Assembly (NCBI GenBank): GCA_016180645.1
Contig: JACPAV010000004.1
Span: forward strand, 95,544 to 159,543
DNA: 64,000 nt
Source: Nitrospirota bacterium
Lineage (GTDB): Bacteria > JACPQY01
Reading direction: 5' to 3'
The notes under the pieces were generated by a model. The model was not told the origin of the DNA. It worked only from the letters and a program-made list of their open reading frames with translations, and did not search any database. Positions within the stretch are counted from its first letter, which is position 1. Each line of letters starts with the position of its first letter. A program made the position numbers and the translations under genes. This document shows positions 51,554 through 61,486 of the stretch, one piece after another.

Positions 51554-54500
51554 CCGGCCTCGGCTCGTTCGTTCATCTTCAAGTCCACAGCGGCTACAGC
51601 CTTCTGCGCGGGGTGAACCTCGTCGAGGAGATCGTGTTCTCGGCCCGGGAGCGTGGGTACAAGGCCCTCGCCCTTACGGATGTCAACAACCTGTACGCGT
51701 GCGTCCGGTTCTGGGATCTCGCGAAACAGGCCGGCCTGCATCCGATCTTGGGAGCCAAGGTCTGCCATGCGTCGGGAAACGCGGTCCTCCTGGTGGAGTC
51801 GAAAGCCGGATACGCCCGCCTGTGCGAAATCCTTTCGGCCGTCCATCAAATCCCGGGTTTCGACTTGGTCGAAGCCCTGCGAGAGGACGCCGGCGGCTTG
51901 GTGATCTTGTCGAAAAATCCACGGCTCTTGGAGGCGCTTCGCGTCGTCGTTCCTCCCTCCCACCTGTTCGGCCTCGTTACGCCTGGATGCGGACCGACGC
52001 CATATCCCGATCACTCTTCCACTCGTCGTCCCGGTGCCGGCCCCCACAAAGTTCCTATCACCGTCCCCGAAGGGGGTTGCAGCGAGGCGGAAAGGGCGAC
52101 GTGGATCCGCCGTCTTGAAGCGATGAGGCTCCGGCCGGTGGCGACGACCGAAACCACGTTTCTTGATCCTGGAGAGCATTGGATCCACAAGATCCTCCGG
52201 GCCATTGATCTGAATACTTCACTGTCGCGCATGGCGGGAGCCGATATCGCACCGGAAACCGCCTGGCTGACGCCACCCGACGAGATCGGCAAGGTTTTCA
52301 GGGCCGTTCCCGCTGCGATCGAGAACTCCTTGGAGATCGCCGAGCGCTGTGTTCTCGATTCCCCACCGTGGGGCGAGACGATCTTCCCCTCGTTCGACGG
52401 TCTATCCGGAACGGATACTTTTGCCCTGCTCGAACGGTCTTGTCTCGAAGTGGTCGATTCGAGGTATCCGGGGCGCCCTCCGGAGGTTCTGGCGAGGCTG
52501 AGGCGCGAGTTGGAGATCATTCGGGACAAGGGATTCGCGGGCTATTTCCTGATCGTCCGGGACATCGTGCGAAGAGCAACAAGGAGCTGTGGGCGCGGCT
52601 CCGGAGCGGCGAGCCTCGTGTCCTACCTGCTGGGCATCACGGCGGTGGACCCGATCCGGCACAACCTTTTCTTTGAACGGTTCCTGAATCCTTCGCGAAA
52701 AGATCCTCCCGACATCGATGTCGATTTTGCATGGGACGAGCGGGACAACATTCTAAGCTACGTTTTCGAAAAATACGGAGCCGCACACAGTGCGATGGTC
52801 GCCAACCACGTCACGTTCCAACCGCGCATGGCCGTGCGCGAGGTGGCGAAGGTGTACGGGTTGGCGGATGACGAAATCGGCGCGGTGACGGAGCGGATCG
52901 GAGGTGTTTTTGAATCCACGGGGATGCCGACGGAGGCGGTTCGAGGAGCGAGAGATCTCGGCCTCAAGGAGCCCTGGCCCGAGATTTTGAAGATCGCCGA
53001 CCGCCTTGTGGGTTTGCCGCGCCACCTGTCGGTCCATCCCGGCGGCGTGATCCTCACGCCCGGTCCCATCACCCGGCACGTGCCCATTCAAACGGCCCGA
53101 AAAGAAGTGCCGTGCCGTGAAGGGTTTCATAGGACTTCCGTCCTCCACCCTCCGGGTAGCCGCAAGCCATGGTCCATGCCGCGCCCTCCTGGGCGCGGCG
53201 ACATATCATGGCCCCATTCCCTCCGCGGAATGGGGCTTCAGCTTGCGTCCCAGTGCCAAGCAGAGTCGCAGAAGGTGGCCATCATCCACTGGGAAAAGGA
53301 CCAGGCGGAGGACGCCGGCCTCGTGAAAATCGATCTGCTGGGGAACCGAAGCCTGGCTGTCATCCGAGACGCCACCCAAATGGTGCGGGAGAAGGATGGC
53401 GTGCCGACCGAATTCCTCCGAACGAACCCTATCGATGATCCCGGCGCGCAGGAACTCATGCGCACGGGCCGCACGATGGGATGCTTCTACGTGGAATCCC
53501 CGGCGATGCGGCTTCTACTCAAGCGTTGCCGCAAACCGGATTACGACCATCTTGTGATCGCCTCGTCCATCATCCGCCCGGCGGCGAACGACTACATCAT
53601 GGAATACATCGCCCGCGTGCGCGGCGAAAAGCCGGCCACGCCGATCCATCCGCTCCTGGAGCCGGTGCTGTCGGACAGTTACCAGATCGCCGTCTATCAG
53701 GAGCACGTCATGTTGATCTCCATGGCGTTCGCGGGATTTTCCATTGTCGAAGCGGACGGCCTCCGCAAGGCGCTCGGCAAGAAGGATTACTTCGTTCGGC
53801 TCGGGCAGTTCCGGGACAAATTCTTCGCCGGCGCCAGGGCAAAGGGCATCGCGGAGCAACAAATCCTCGAAGTCTGGAAGATGATCGAATCCTTTTCCGG
53901 CTACAGCTTCTGCAAGCCTCACAGCGCCAGTTACGCCATGGTGTCGTACCAGTCGGCGTTCATCAAAGCGCACCATCCGGCGGAGTTTTACGCGGCCGTC
54001 ATCTCGAACCAGGGCGGCTACTACCACTGGTGGGCCTATCACAACGACGCCATCCGCGAGGGGCTGCGCGTTCTCCCACCGAGCATCAACCTGAGCGAGT
54101 GGAAGTGGCGGGGATGGGAACGGACGCTCCGCATGGGTTTCATGCAGATCAAGGGTCTGAAAAAGGAATCGGTGGACGTGCTTGTGGAAGACCGCCGGCG
54201 AGGTGGGCCTTACGGATCGCTACGGGAGTTCCTAGACCGCGTTCGCATCGACCCGTCCGACACGATTCTCCTCATCAAGGCCGGAGCCTTTGACAGAGTA
54301 AGCGTCAGCGTAACGCGAGCGCAGATGATCTGGTCCGTGCTAAGCGACGGGAATCGTGACGCGAGAACGAACGGGAACCTGTTTCCGTCCGCCGAACGAC
54401 TGCCTGCGCTCAGCGCCTATGACGAACAGACGATGCTCCGGCACGAGGCGGACGTGCTCGGCTTTCTGGTGAGCCGCCATCCGCTCACGCTGTATCAGGA

Positions 54501-54888
54501 CGAAATCCGCCGTTTGAACGCCATACCGGCGAAGGATCTGGACCGGTATGCCGGCAAGGACGTGACGCTCGTCGGCTGGTGGGTCACGTCGAAGCCCGCC
54601 GAAACGAAACGCGGCGAGCGCATGGAGTTCGTTTCCTTCGAAGACACAACGGCCCTCTTTGACGCGACGCTGTTTCCGAAAGTCTATGCGCGGGCCGTTC
54701 CGTATCGCCACCGCCCCGTGCCCTACGTCATCCGTGGAAAAGTCGAGGAGCAATTCGGCGCCTGCACCGTCACCGTCTCTTCCATCGCGCCCCTGAGTCC
54801 CATCCGAAGCGGCGCTTCAAGGCGATCCGGCTCGCGCCGCGGGCTGCCGGACGCCTCTCCGGAGGAGAACTCGTACCTTGCCGGATGA
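51550..54888 (+). CDS. dnaE2: Error-prone DNA polymerase III alpha (DnaE2/ImuC)
   Basis: PHP domain HLQVHSGYS; GRGSGAAS; FERFL...PPDIDVDF; KIDLLG; YSFCKPHS; OB fold. Confidence 0.9.
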   Translation: MTGLGSFVHLQVHSGYSLLRGVNLVEEIVFSARERGYKALALTDVNNLYACVRFWDLAKQAGLHPILGAKVCHASGNAVLLVESKAGYARLCEILSAVHQIPGFDLVEALREDAGGLVILSKNPRLLEALRVVVPPSHLFGLVTPGCGPTPYPDHSSTRRPGAGPHKVPITVPEGGCSEAERATWIRRLEAMRLRPVATTETTFLDPGEHWIHKILRAIDLNTSLSRMAGADIAPETAWLTPPDEIGKVFRAVPAAIENSLEIAERCVLDSPPWGETIFPSFDGLSGTDTFALLERSCLEVVDSRYPGRPPEVLARLRRELEIIRDKGFAGYFLIVRDIVRRATRSCGRGSGAASLVSYLLGITAVDPIRHNLFFERFLNPSRKDPPDIDVDFAWDERDNILSYVFEKYGAAHSAMVANHVTFQPRMAVREVAKVYGLADDEIGAVTERIGGVFESTGMPTEAVRGARDLGLKEPWPEILKIADRLVGLPRHLSVHPGGVILTPGPITRHVPIQTARKEVPCREGFHRTSVLHPPGSRKPWSMPRPPGRGDISWPHSLRGMGLQLASQCQAESQKVAIIHWEKDQAEDAGLVKIDLLGNRSLAVIRDATQMVREKDGVPTEFLRTNPIDDPGAQELMRTGRTMGCFYVESPAMRLLLKRCRKPDYDHLVIASSIIRPAANDYIMEYIARVRGEKPATPIHPLLEPVLSDSYQIAVYQEHVMLISMAFAGFSIVEADGLRKALGKKDYFVRLGQFRDKFFAGARAKGIAEQQILEVWKMIESFSGYSFCKPHSASYAMVSYQSAFIKAHHPAEFYAAVISNQGGYYHWWAYHNDAIREGLRVLPPSINLSEWKWRGWERTLRMGFMQIKGLKKESVDVLVEDRRRGGPYGSLREFLDRVRIDPSDTILLIKAGAFDRVSVSVTRAQMIWSVLSDGNRDARTNGNLFPSAERLPALSAYDEQTMLRHEADVLGFLVSRHPLTLYQDEIRRLNAIPAKDLDRYAGKDVTLVGWWVTSKPAETKRGERMEFVSFEDTTALFDATLFPKVYARAVPYRHRPVPYVIRGKVEEQFGACTVTVSSIAPLSPIRSGASRRSGSRRGLPDASPEENSYLAG
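53161..53247. repeat. Structured ~90-bp palindromic element, copy 2, in frame within dnaE2
   Basis: Matches the core of 26709-26800 (GCCATGGTCCATGCCG...CGGCGACAT..CATGGCCCCAT...ATGGGG). Confidence 0.75.
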
Positions 54889-55023
54889 CGCGAATGGCAG
54901 TTCTCGCTACCACCTTGCAGGGCGATCGAAGGTGATGGGTATGCTGGAAATCGTCAGGTAATTTGGCGGGTGGGTGTCTGGTGGAAGCTTTTCGGTCGCG
55001 AAGCCGGGAGGTGGAACCGGAGT

Positions 55024-55356
55024 CTATCTCCGGGCATTCTCCAATTGAAGCCAGACGCGGAGATTTTTGTCCAACTCCAATAGATCGCCAGTGGAAAGCG
55101 CTCCGATCCGCTTCCTCACGAGACGGCTTTCGATGGTGGCGATGTGTCCCTTGATCCCGCTGGCCACATTGAGCCCCGCGAATCTCCAGTCCTTGAGGGT
55201 GAATTCGCTGTTCTCAAGGCGTGAAGTTATCGGGACAACGATCAAATCTCCCGTTGAACGAAATTGACCTACGACAATCGCGGGCCGGACTTTCTTGCTT
55301 TCGAGATTGGAAAACGGGATGGGAAGAAGGACAGCCTCACCCTTGGAGAAGTTCAT
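55024..55356 (-). CDS. mazF: MazF/PemK endoribonuclease toxin
   Basis: KGEAVLLPIPFSN...KVRPAIVV, VVPITS, GLNVAS. Confidence 0.85.
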   Translation of the reverse strand: MNFSKGEAVLLPIPFSNLESKKVRPAIVVGQFRSTGDLIVVPITSRLENSEFTLKDWRFAGLNVASGIKGHIATIESRLVRKRIGALSTGDLLELDKNLRVWLQLENARR

Positions 55357-55558
55357 TGTAAACGTCGTCGTCGGGATTGTCCCAGACCTGCGTGAGCGAT
55401 TGCTCGGATTCTCTCAGCCAGATCTTGCGTTCATCGTCATTCATCTCCTTCGGAGAATCCTCGACGGTGACGTAGACGCGTGCCTGCTCCGCAAACGGTA
55501 GCGGCTCGGCCAATTTGAGGGTGCCGTTTTCGTACACGGCCTCCGTTTTCCGTTTCAC
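55337..55558 (-). CDS. DUF104/AF2212-like antitoxin
   Basis: EAVYENGTLKL.EPL; WDNPDDDVY tail. Confidence 0.75.
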   Translation of the reverse strand: MKRKTEAVYENGTLKLAEPLPFAEQARVYVTVEDSPKEMNDDERKIWLRESEQSLTQVWDNPDDDVYNELLQG

Positions 55559-55732
55559 AAGAATAGGATACGACTCCAGGAGCGTAAAGGCAATGACGGA
55601 TCGGGAGCGGTATGTACAGGAGGATCGTGAGGGGCGCGAGGGGAAATTCGACCTTCGCGCCTTCCACGATAATGACCTCAAATCCTGTCAACAGAGCCAT
55701 AACCTATCTTCCAAGCAACGTCCCTCAACACC

Positions 55733-57397
55733 CAACCGAAACGTCAGGACCGGGACACCTTGACTCCGGACGTCCTCGCCAAGAGTCTTTCCGAGGACTT
55801 CAAGATTCCAACCGACCAAATCGCCATCGCCACCGGGCAGACACGGGGCGTGGAAGACGTCAACCTGTTCGCCCGGCAATGTCCTATCCGGTTCATCATT
55901 ACGATCCAGGCGCTTCGGGAGGGATGGGATTGTTCGTTCGCATACGTTCTGTGCTCTGTCGCCGACACGGGATCGCAACGGGCGGTGGAACAGGTTCTCG
56001 GACGTATCCTCAGATTGCCCGGAGCCAAACGAAAGCGGTCGCCGGAATTGAATAATGCCCACGCATTCGCAACCTCCCCCCGATTTATCGAGGCTGCGAA
56101 AACTCCGAAGGATGCCCTTGTCGATAACGGCTTCGAGCGATTCGAGGCAGAACGGTTCGTAACGCCCGCAGGCGATACGATACCCCTGCTCGAGGGAAGC
56201 AAGATCAAAGTGAAACTCACCGAAGCCCCGGACCTCTCCAAGCTCGCACCCGAAATGCGGCAAAGCGTGGAATACGAAAGCTATTCCGGCACGCTCGCCG
56301 TGGACACACACCTTCTGGACAAGTTCTCCCCCAAGAAGCTGTATCAGTGCCTAAAGAACGATCCCGACCGTTCGGCCCTCGAATCCGCACTGCATGGGCT
56401 GAAACCGGCGGGGGCGATGGAGGATCCGCAGCGTCTGCTCCCGTTCAAGGTCCCACTCCTCTGCATTCGCGTAAACGGGCAGCTTGAATTGTTCGAGGAC
56501 AGTCACTTTCGCGAGAGGCCCTGGAATTTGGCGGAGTGCGATCCGACGCTCACAGACGCGGATTTCCCGGCTGATTCCACGGGCGGCTCCGCCGGAGAGA
56601 TTGATGTGAGCGAAGCCGGTCAAGTGGAGTTCAGGCAGTTTGTTGACCGGCTACACGAGCAGCTCAGTTTGGTGACATCGGAACCGGGATGGACCGTGCA
56701 GGGGCTGGCGAACTGGCTGGACCGGCAGATTCCACACCATTACAGTCGGCAAGCCCATTCGAGGCTCGTCATGCACAAGGTCCTCACCGCGCTGATCGAG
56801 GGTCGCGGCATTTCCATCGAACAACTCGCCCGGCGCAAATTCCGGCTGAGAAATGCCATCGAGAAGAAAATCCAGGAGCATCGGGCGGCCCAGGCCAAGA
56901 AGGAGTACAACGGGCTGCTGTTTGGGGTGGGGAAAGCTGCCATCGAGGTAAGCCCGGAGATCTGCTTCAGCTACGATGCGGATCGGTACTCGCCGAACTG
57001 GTACTACGATGGCGGGTACCGCTTCAACAAGCACTACTTCCCCGAGCGAATCGGGGAACTGAGATCAGACGTGGAAGAATTCGAATGCGCCCAGTTTATC
57101 GACCAACTTCCGGAGGTGAAGTTCTGGGTCCGAAATCTGGAGCGCCGTCCTGAGCATTCCTTCTGGCTCCAGACCTCCACCGACAAGTTCTACCCGGATT
57201 TTGTCGCCCTCCTGAACGACGGGCGGATTCTCGTAGTCGAATCAAAGGGGGAGCATCTCTGGAGCAACGACGACTCCAAGGAGAAACGCGCCGTCGGCGA
57301 CCTCTGGGCCGATCTCAGCGGCGGTAGGTGCCTTTTTGTGATGCCGAAGGGCAAGGATTGGGGCGCCATTACGGATGTGGTCAGGAACTCAAGGTGA
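55733..57397 (+). pseudogene. 5'-truncated type III restriction Res subunit
   Basis: IAIATG, ALREGWDC, EQVLGRILR, FYPDF...VESKG; no Walker A/DEAH region, in-frame stop at 55700, no mod gene nearby. Confidence 0.75.
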
Positions 57398-57456
57398 CGA
57401 TGACCCCTCAGGTGTCTGGACCAAGTGAAGGATCGAGTATGGGAGTACGAGGAAGC

Positions 57457-57653
57457 GTGGCGGATACCCAAGCGTGGTCATCCTGGCCGGGCCGAACGGG
57501 GCGGGAAAATCGACGGTCGGTCCGTCGCTTCTGAAGGAAACGCTCAGGGTGACGGAACTGGTCAACGCCGACGTGATTGCCCAAGGATTATCGGGCTTTC
57601 GGCCGGAAGGCGCGGTGTTTCAGTTCCTCGACAACCGGTTGAATCAGGCGTAA
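57457..57653 (+). pseudogene. Fragment of a zeta-toxin-like P-loop ATPase
   Basis: PSVVILAGPNGAGKST...VNADVIAQGLSGFRPE; start codon out of frame, stop after about 60 codons. Confidence 0.7.
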
Positions 57654-57663
57654 TGTTTCTCCC

Positions 57664-57873
57664 ATGCAGTCCCACTACGAAACCGCCGTGTCCGTTGCGA
57701 GAAAACTTCAGGGTAAGGACCGCATTCGTTTTCTCCAAACGCTTGCACGACACAGGGTATATCGCACGGCGATGGAAGACCTCGTTGATGGTCTCCTGAT
57801 CGAGGAGCGTAGAACCGAGCCCAGCCGACTTCTTTCCGAGTACATTGCCGAGCATCGCCGAAGAAGGCGGTAG
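57664..57873 (+). CDS. Putative antitoxin of RelE
   Basis: Small ORF with EDL.D...IEERR.EP tail, overlapping relE. Confidence 0.65.
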   Translation: MQSHYETAVSVARKLQGKDRIRFLQTLARHRVYRTAMEDLVDGLLIEERRTEPSRLLSEYIAEHRRRRR

Positions 57874-58132
57874 GGTCTCCGCCTACACGGTCCGACTCAA
57901 GAAGTCGGCGGAGAAGGAGCTCGATTCGATTGTTGATCCCAACCACAGGCGGATCGTCAAGCGGTTGGAGCAATTAGGTTTAACCCCTCGTCCACCCGGG
58001 ACCAAAAAGCTTCAGGGAAGCGACGGATACCGGATCAGGGTTGGTGACTTCCGCATTCTCTATCTGGTCGATGACCAAGCGAAGGCAGTGGAGGTCACCG
58101 CAGTAGGCCACCGCCGCGAAGTCTACCGCTGA
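57845..58132 (+). CDS. relE: RelE/ParE toxin
   Basis: SAEKEL, PRPPGTKKLQG..GYRIRVGDFRILY, VGHRREVYR. Confidence 0.88.
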   Translation: MPSIAEEGGRVSAYTVRLKKSAEKELDSIVDPNHRRIVKRLEQLGLTPRPPGTKKLQGSDGYRIRVGDFRILYLVDDQAKAVEVTAVGHRREVYR

Positions 58133-58253
58133 GCACCGTGCGGTTCGTCTTCCAAGTGCTGACGCATATCGCTCTTTTCGTCAGATCGAGCGCATCGGGC
58201 GAAAGAGGTCGATCAGCGGCCTGAGTGGGATCGATTCTGGATGGGATGGGCGA

Positions 58254-60335
58254 TCAGGGCGGCGTGGGCGACGGCAGGGGCGCTGACGGTAAAGTGGTCC
58301 CCACCCGGGTATCCGCGCGGCGGGAGGGCGCTTGGACCCGCCCCGGGCCACCGGCGCGGAGTGATTCCACGAACGCGACCGCCAGATCCTGGACCATCTC
58401 GATGGGATTATCGACCCGCTCCGGCTGGGACAGGGAGATGAACGGGGGGAAATCGGGCTGATAGCGGCGGTCGCCGATGAAGCTCGAAAACATCGTGTGG
58501 AGCGCCGGCGCAATCTGGACCACGGCGATGGTGTTTTCGCCGATGCCGGCCTGATATGGCGCCCGCAAGGTGGGGAGATCGACGAACCGAAGCGGCTCAC
58601 TCATTGACGGGAGGGTCACGAAAGTTGCGCCCATGGCGCGCGCGAGGAGTTCGGTAGCCTGATTTGGAATCAGTTCGTCTGAGCGGGCCTGCAAGACGAG
58701 GACGTTCCGTTTCCTTTCTGCGATCAGCGGCGCGAAGGAAAGCGGATCTCCAGGCGAGATGGCCGCGTCGAGAAGAGACAGCGATCGCTGCGCTTCCGCG
58801 GGAAGAGAAGCCGGATCTGAAACGTCAATGTACGGATCAAAAATCGACCGGATGAACGGGGAGAGCATCCCGGCAAACAAGGGCGACGCCGAGTACATCG
58901 GAAGGAAGACGCCCCCTCCGGCGACGGAAAGCACCGCCCCGGCGAGATCGGGTGAGACCGTGACGACGCTCGCGCCGAGGACCGACCCGAACGACTCGCT
59001 CGTGTAGACGATATGCCGGGTGTCGAAATCGAGTCCGGCGAACGCCGGACTAGACTTGGCAATCGCGGAAAGATCGCCGTGTCGAAGGAGCCGCGCCAGT
59101 TCCGTGAGATCAATAATGGCCTGGCGGAAATTGTCGCGCACGTAGCGGCCGTCGAACGGGCCGATACCCTGCTCGGGATCGCCGGCAAAGTCGAAGAGGT
59201 TCACGGAGGCACCGAAATCGTTGGCGTCGGCCAGCCCGTCGGGGCCGGGCGCTCCGGAAAAGTTGTGGACCGCGTCCGTCTTCTCGCCGGCGCGATCGCC
59301 GTGCCAGATCGCATCCACGCCGATCGTGGCGTAACCGGCGCGCGCATAGGTGTTCGCGCACGAAAGGACCTGTGAGCGTCCTGCGTTGAGCCCGTGTTGA
59401 TAGATGAGGATGGGCAACCCCCCGAGGGCCGCAGGGTCTTTTGGCAAGGCCAGCAGAAACGGAATGGCCTCCGTACCCTTGATGATGGGAATGCCTTGGG
59501 TGTCCACTTCCACGCGACCGAGACGCGGGGGTGTGGAGGACAAGAATGAGGGGGCATCGAAGGTTCCGAGGACAATCGCGCCGAGCGAGTCGTGTACGAT
59601 GCCCTTGGGGTCCCCGAGGCCCGGACGCGTCGTTGCCGGTGTGCCGGCGAACGCATCGAGTTCTGCGCCGCGCAGGACCCGGCTTACTTTTGCGACGGGT
59701 GGAACCAGGCCGGCCGCCACCTCCCGCATGAGGTCAACCCTTGTCGTGGGGTGACCCACGGTGAACACCGTTGCGGCACCTATCGTTCCACGGGGCACGG
59801 TCCGAACGAGCGGCGCGTAGATGGCGGCGAAAGGCCCGCGACCCTCGATGGCGTCCCGCATGGCGGGGGAGGGATCGACGCGCGGACTTTCCACCCAGAC
59901 TGCATATCGGTGCCCCGCCGTCAGGGTCTCGCCGCGTGGCGCGAGCGCGACAAGATCGCCCGTCCGCGCGCGAATCCAAAGCCCGGTCTCGAACGTTCGA
60001 TCGGGCGCGTCGAGATCGATCCATGTCGCTTTCCCCGGCACGGCTCCGTCTTCAAGGTCACCGCTGACGGGGAAAAAGACCGAGCCGTAGACAGGAGCGC
60101 CGTCCATTTCCGAGAGTGTAAGCGCCAGCGCGTCGAGCGGTCCACGTTGACCATCGAGAGGAATCGACTCCACAAGGATGTGTCCGTCCTGGAGGAAAAC
60201 GTCGGAGGGCCACGGCGTGTCCTTCATCGAAGTCCCGCCCAGCAGCGCCTCGATGGTGGGTGCCGACCGAGGGGAATTGGCCCCGGAGGAGCAGGCGAGG
60301 CACACCATGACAGGTAGAAAGACGGCGCGCCTCAT
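58254..60335 (-). CDS. Extracellular alpha/beta-hydrolase lipoprotein (Pla-1/VolA-like lipase)
   Basis: CLAC lipobox; PWPSD, IYQHG, D...HGDR, RDNFRQ, SESFG nucleophile elbow. Confidence 0.7.
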   Translation of the reverse strand: MRRAVFLPVMVCLACSSGANSPRSAPTIEALLGGTSMKDTPWPSDVFLQDGHILVESIPLDGQRGPLDALALTLSEMDGAPVYGSVFFPVSGDLEDGAVPGKATWIDLDAPDRTFETGLWIRARTGDLVALAPRGETLTAGHRYAVWVESPRVDPSPAMRDAIEGRGPFAAIYAPLVRTVPRGTIGAATVFTVGHPTTRVDLMREVAAGLVPPVAKVSRVLRGAELDAFAGTPATTRPGLGDPKGIVHDSLGAIVLGTFDAPSFLSSTPPRLGRVEVDTQGIPIIKGTEAIPFLLALPKDPAALGGLPILIYQHGLNAGRSQVLSCANTYARAGYATIGVDAIWHGDRAGEKTDAVHNFSGAPGPDGLADANDFGASVNLFDFAGDPEQGIGPFDGRYVRDNFRQAIIDLTELARLLRHGDLSAIAKSSPAFAGLDFDTRHIVYTSESFGSVLGASVVTVSPDLAGAVLSVAGGGVFLPMYSASPLFAGMLSPFIRSIFDPYIDVSDPASLPAEAQRSLSLLDAAISPGDPLSFAPLIAERKRNVLVLQARSDELIPNQATELLARAMGATFVTLPSMSEPLRFVDLPTLRAPYQAGIGENTIAVVQIAPALHTMFSSFIGDRRYQPDFPPFISLSQPERVDNPIEMVQDLAVAFVESLRAGGPGRVQAPSRRADTRVGTTLPSAPLPSPTPP

Positions 60336-61360
60336 TGCGAAGCCTCTTGCAGATCTCGTTTTTCCGATGGAGACGCGAGAAACCGCTCCTTGATGCGGCG
60401 AGCGATTTGAGGGGCATTTCCGCCGGCACGATTGTTCACCGTGACCCAGGCCTCGACTTCTTGCTCAATGGCCTTCTTGGCGAGGGCCACGGTGTCATCG
60501 AACATCTTGGGGTCTTCGTCCTTCAATTCAGCGAACGGAAAATAGCGGCGGTAGGCGTCCTCGTATTTCACCCCGCGGGGTGTGAGCAGCCGGATGATGG
60601 CCGTACGGGGATTCGTGAAGCCTCCGGCCTGTTCGAGCTGCCGATCAAGCGCAGGAAGGAACGACCAGTGCGAGAAGACATTGCCGATCCCCCGCTCTCG
60701 GAGGAAGCGGAAGTAGTCGCCTGATTTCAGCCGATCGGTTCGTTCTTCAATGTGGTAGCGGGAATCCTGCGGAATCCTTCCAAAAAACGTCTCGTGCACT
60801 TTGATGTTTTCGTTCGGGGGGGGGCAGGTGGCGGTGCGCTGGTATTCATGCTCGAAGATGAATCCACTGAGCTTGGGACCGAGGAGGGCGTTTGCAGGTC
60901 TGTAAAACTGTTCGGTGAATACTTCAGGATCATGGAAGCGAGGGTTATCCGCAAAGTTTCGGGACTTCTCGGCGGGGTCGAAGACCCACGTCTTGTGGGC
61001 GGTGACGATCTGGGGAACCTTGAGCGTAACGCGTGCGTCCGAGGGCATGAAATCTGCGTAGGTGGCGAGGGTACGGTGCGTCCTTGTCGGCCGCCCCGTT
61101 CGGTCCAGCAGCGGTTCGTAAAAGGTGAAGTCCAGCTCGACGAATTCAAAGTGCTGGAAAAACTCCCGCGTACTCCTGACCTCCACGGTCTGTTCGGTGA
61201 CCTTTTCAGCACCGACGGATTTCGAGCGCTTGGAAATCTTGTACTCTTCCAAATAGATCTGTCCCATCCAACCGGCATAACGGTCGGAGGCCGCGCCGAG
61301 GTGAACCTTCGGGTGGATCCCGCGAAACATGAAATCTTGTGAAGAGGCGCCCTCGGTCAT
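60332..61360 (-). CDS. DUF72 (YecE-like TIM barrel) protein
   Basis: VELDFTFY, LKVPQIVT, VNNRAGGNAP. Confidence 0.8.
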   Translation of the reverse strand: MTEGASSQDFMFRGIHPKVHLGAASDRYAGWMGQIYLEEYKISKRSKSVGAEKVTEQTVEVRSTREFFQHFEFVELDFTFYEPLLDRTGRPTRTHRTLATYADFMPSDARVTLKVPQIVTAHKTWVFDPAEKSRNFADNPRFHDPEVFTEQFYRPANALLGPKLSGFIFEHEYQRTATCPPPNENIKVHETFFGRIPQDSRYHIEERTDRLKSGDYFRFLRERGIGNVFSHWSFLPALDRQLEQAGGFTNPRTAIIRLLTPRGVKYEDAYRRYFPFAELKDEDPKMFDDTVALAKKAIEQEVEAWVTVNNRAGGNAPQIARRIKERFLASPSEKRDLQEASQ

Positions 61361-61458
61361 CCAGGCCCATTCTAGCAAGGGTCGCCGCAAGGTTGAATCG
61401 TGGCGACGCGGAGGCCGTCCGGTAGACGCCGATGGCCGGAGCGGTGCCGTCTTGACGC

Positions 61459-61474
61459 CCATACTATTGTATGG
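61459..61474. promoter_or_regulatory. Putative LexA box upstream of lexA
   Basis: Perfect palindrome CCATAC-TATT-GTATGG directly after the TTGACG -35 box. Confidence 0.75.
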
Positions 61475-61486
61475 TAACTCGTAGGC

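Noticed and set aside
53104-53274. Intein in DnaE2
   Set aside because: Too short, with no N-terminal Cys/Ser block and no His-Asn end; the DNA matches an intergenic repeat instead
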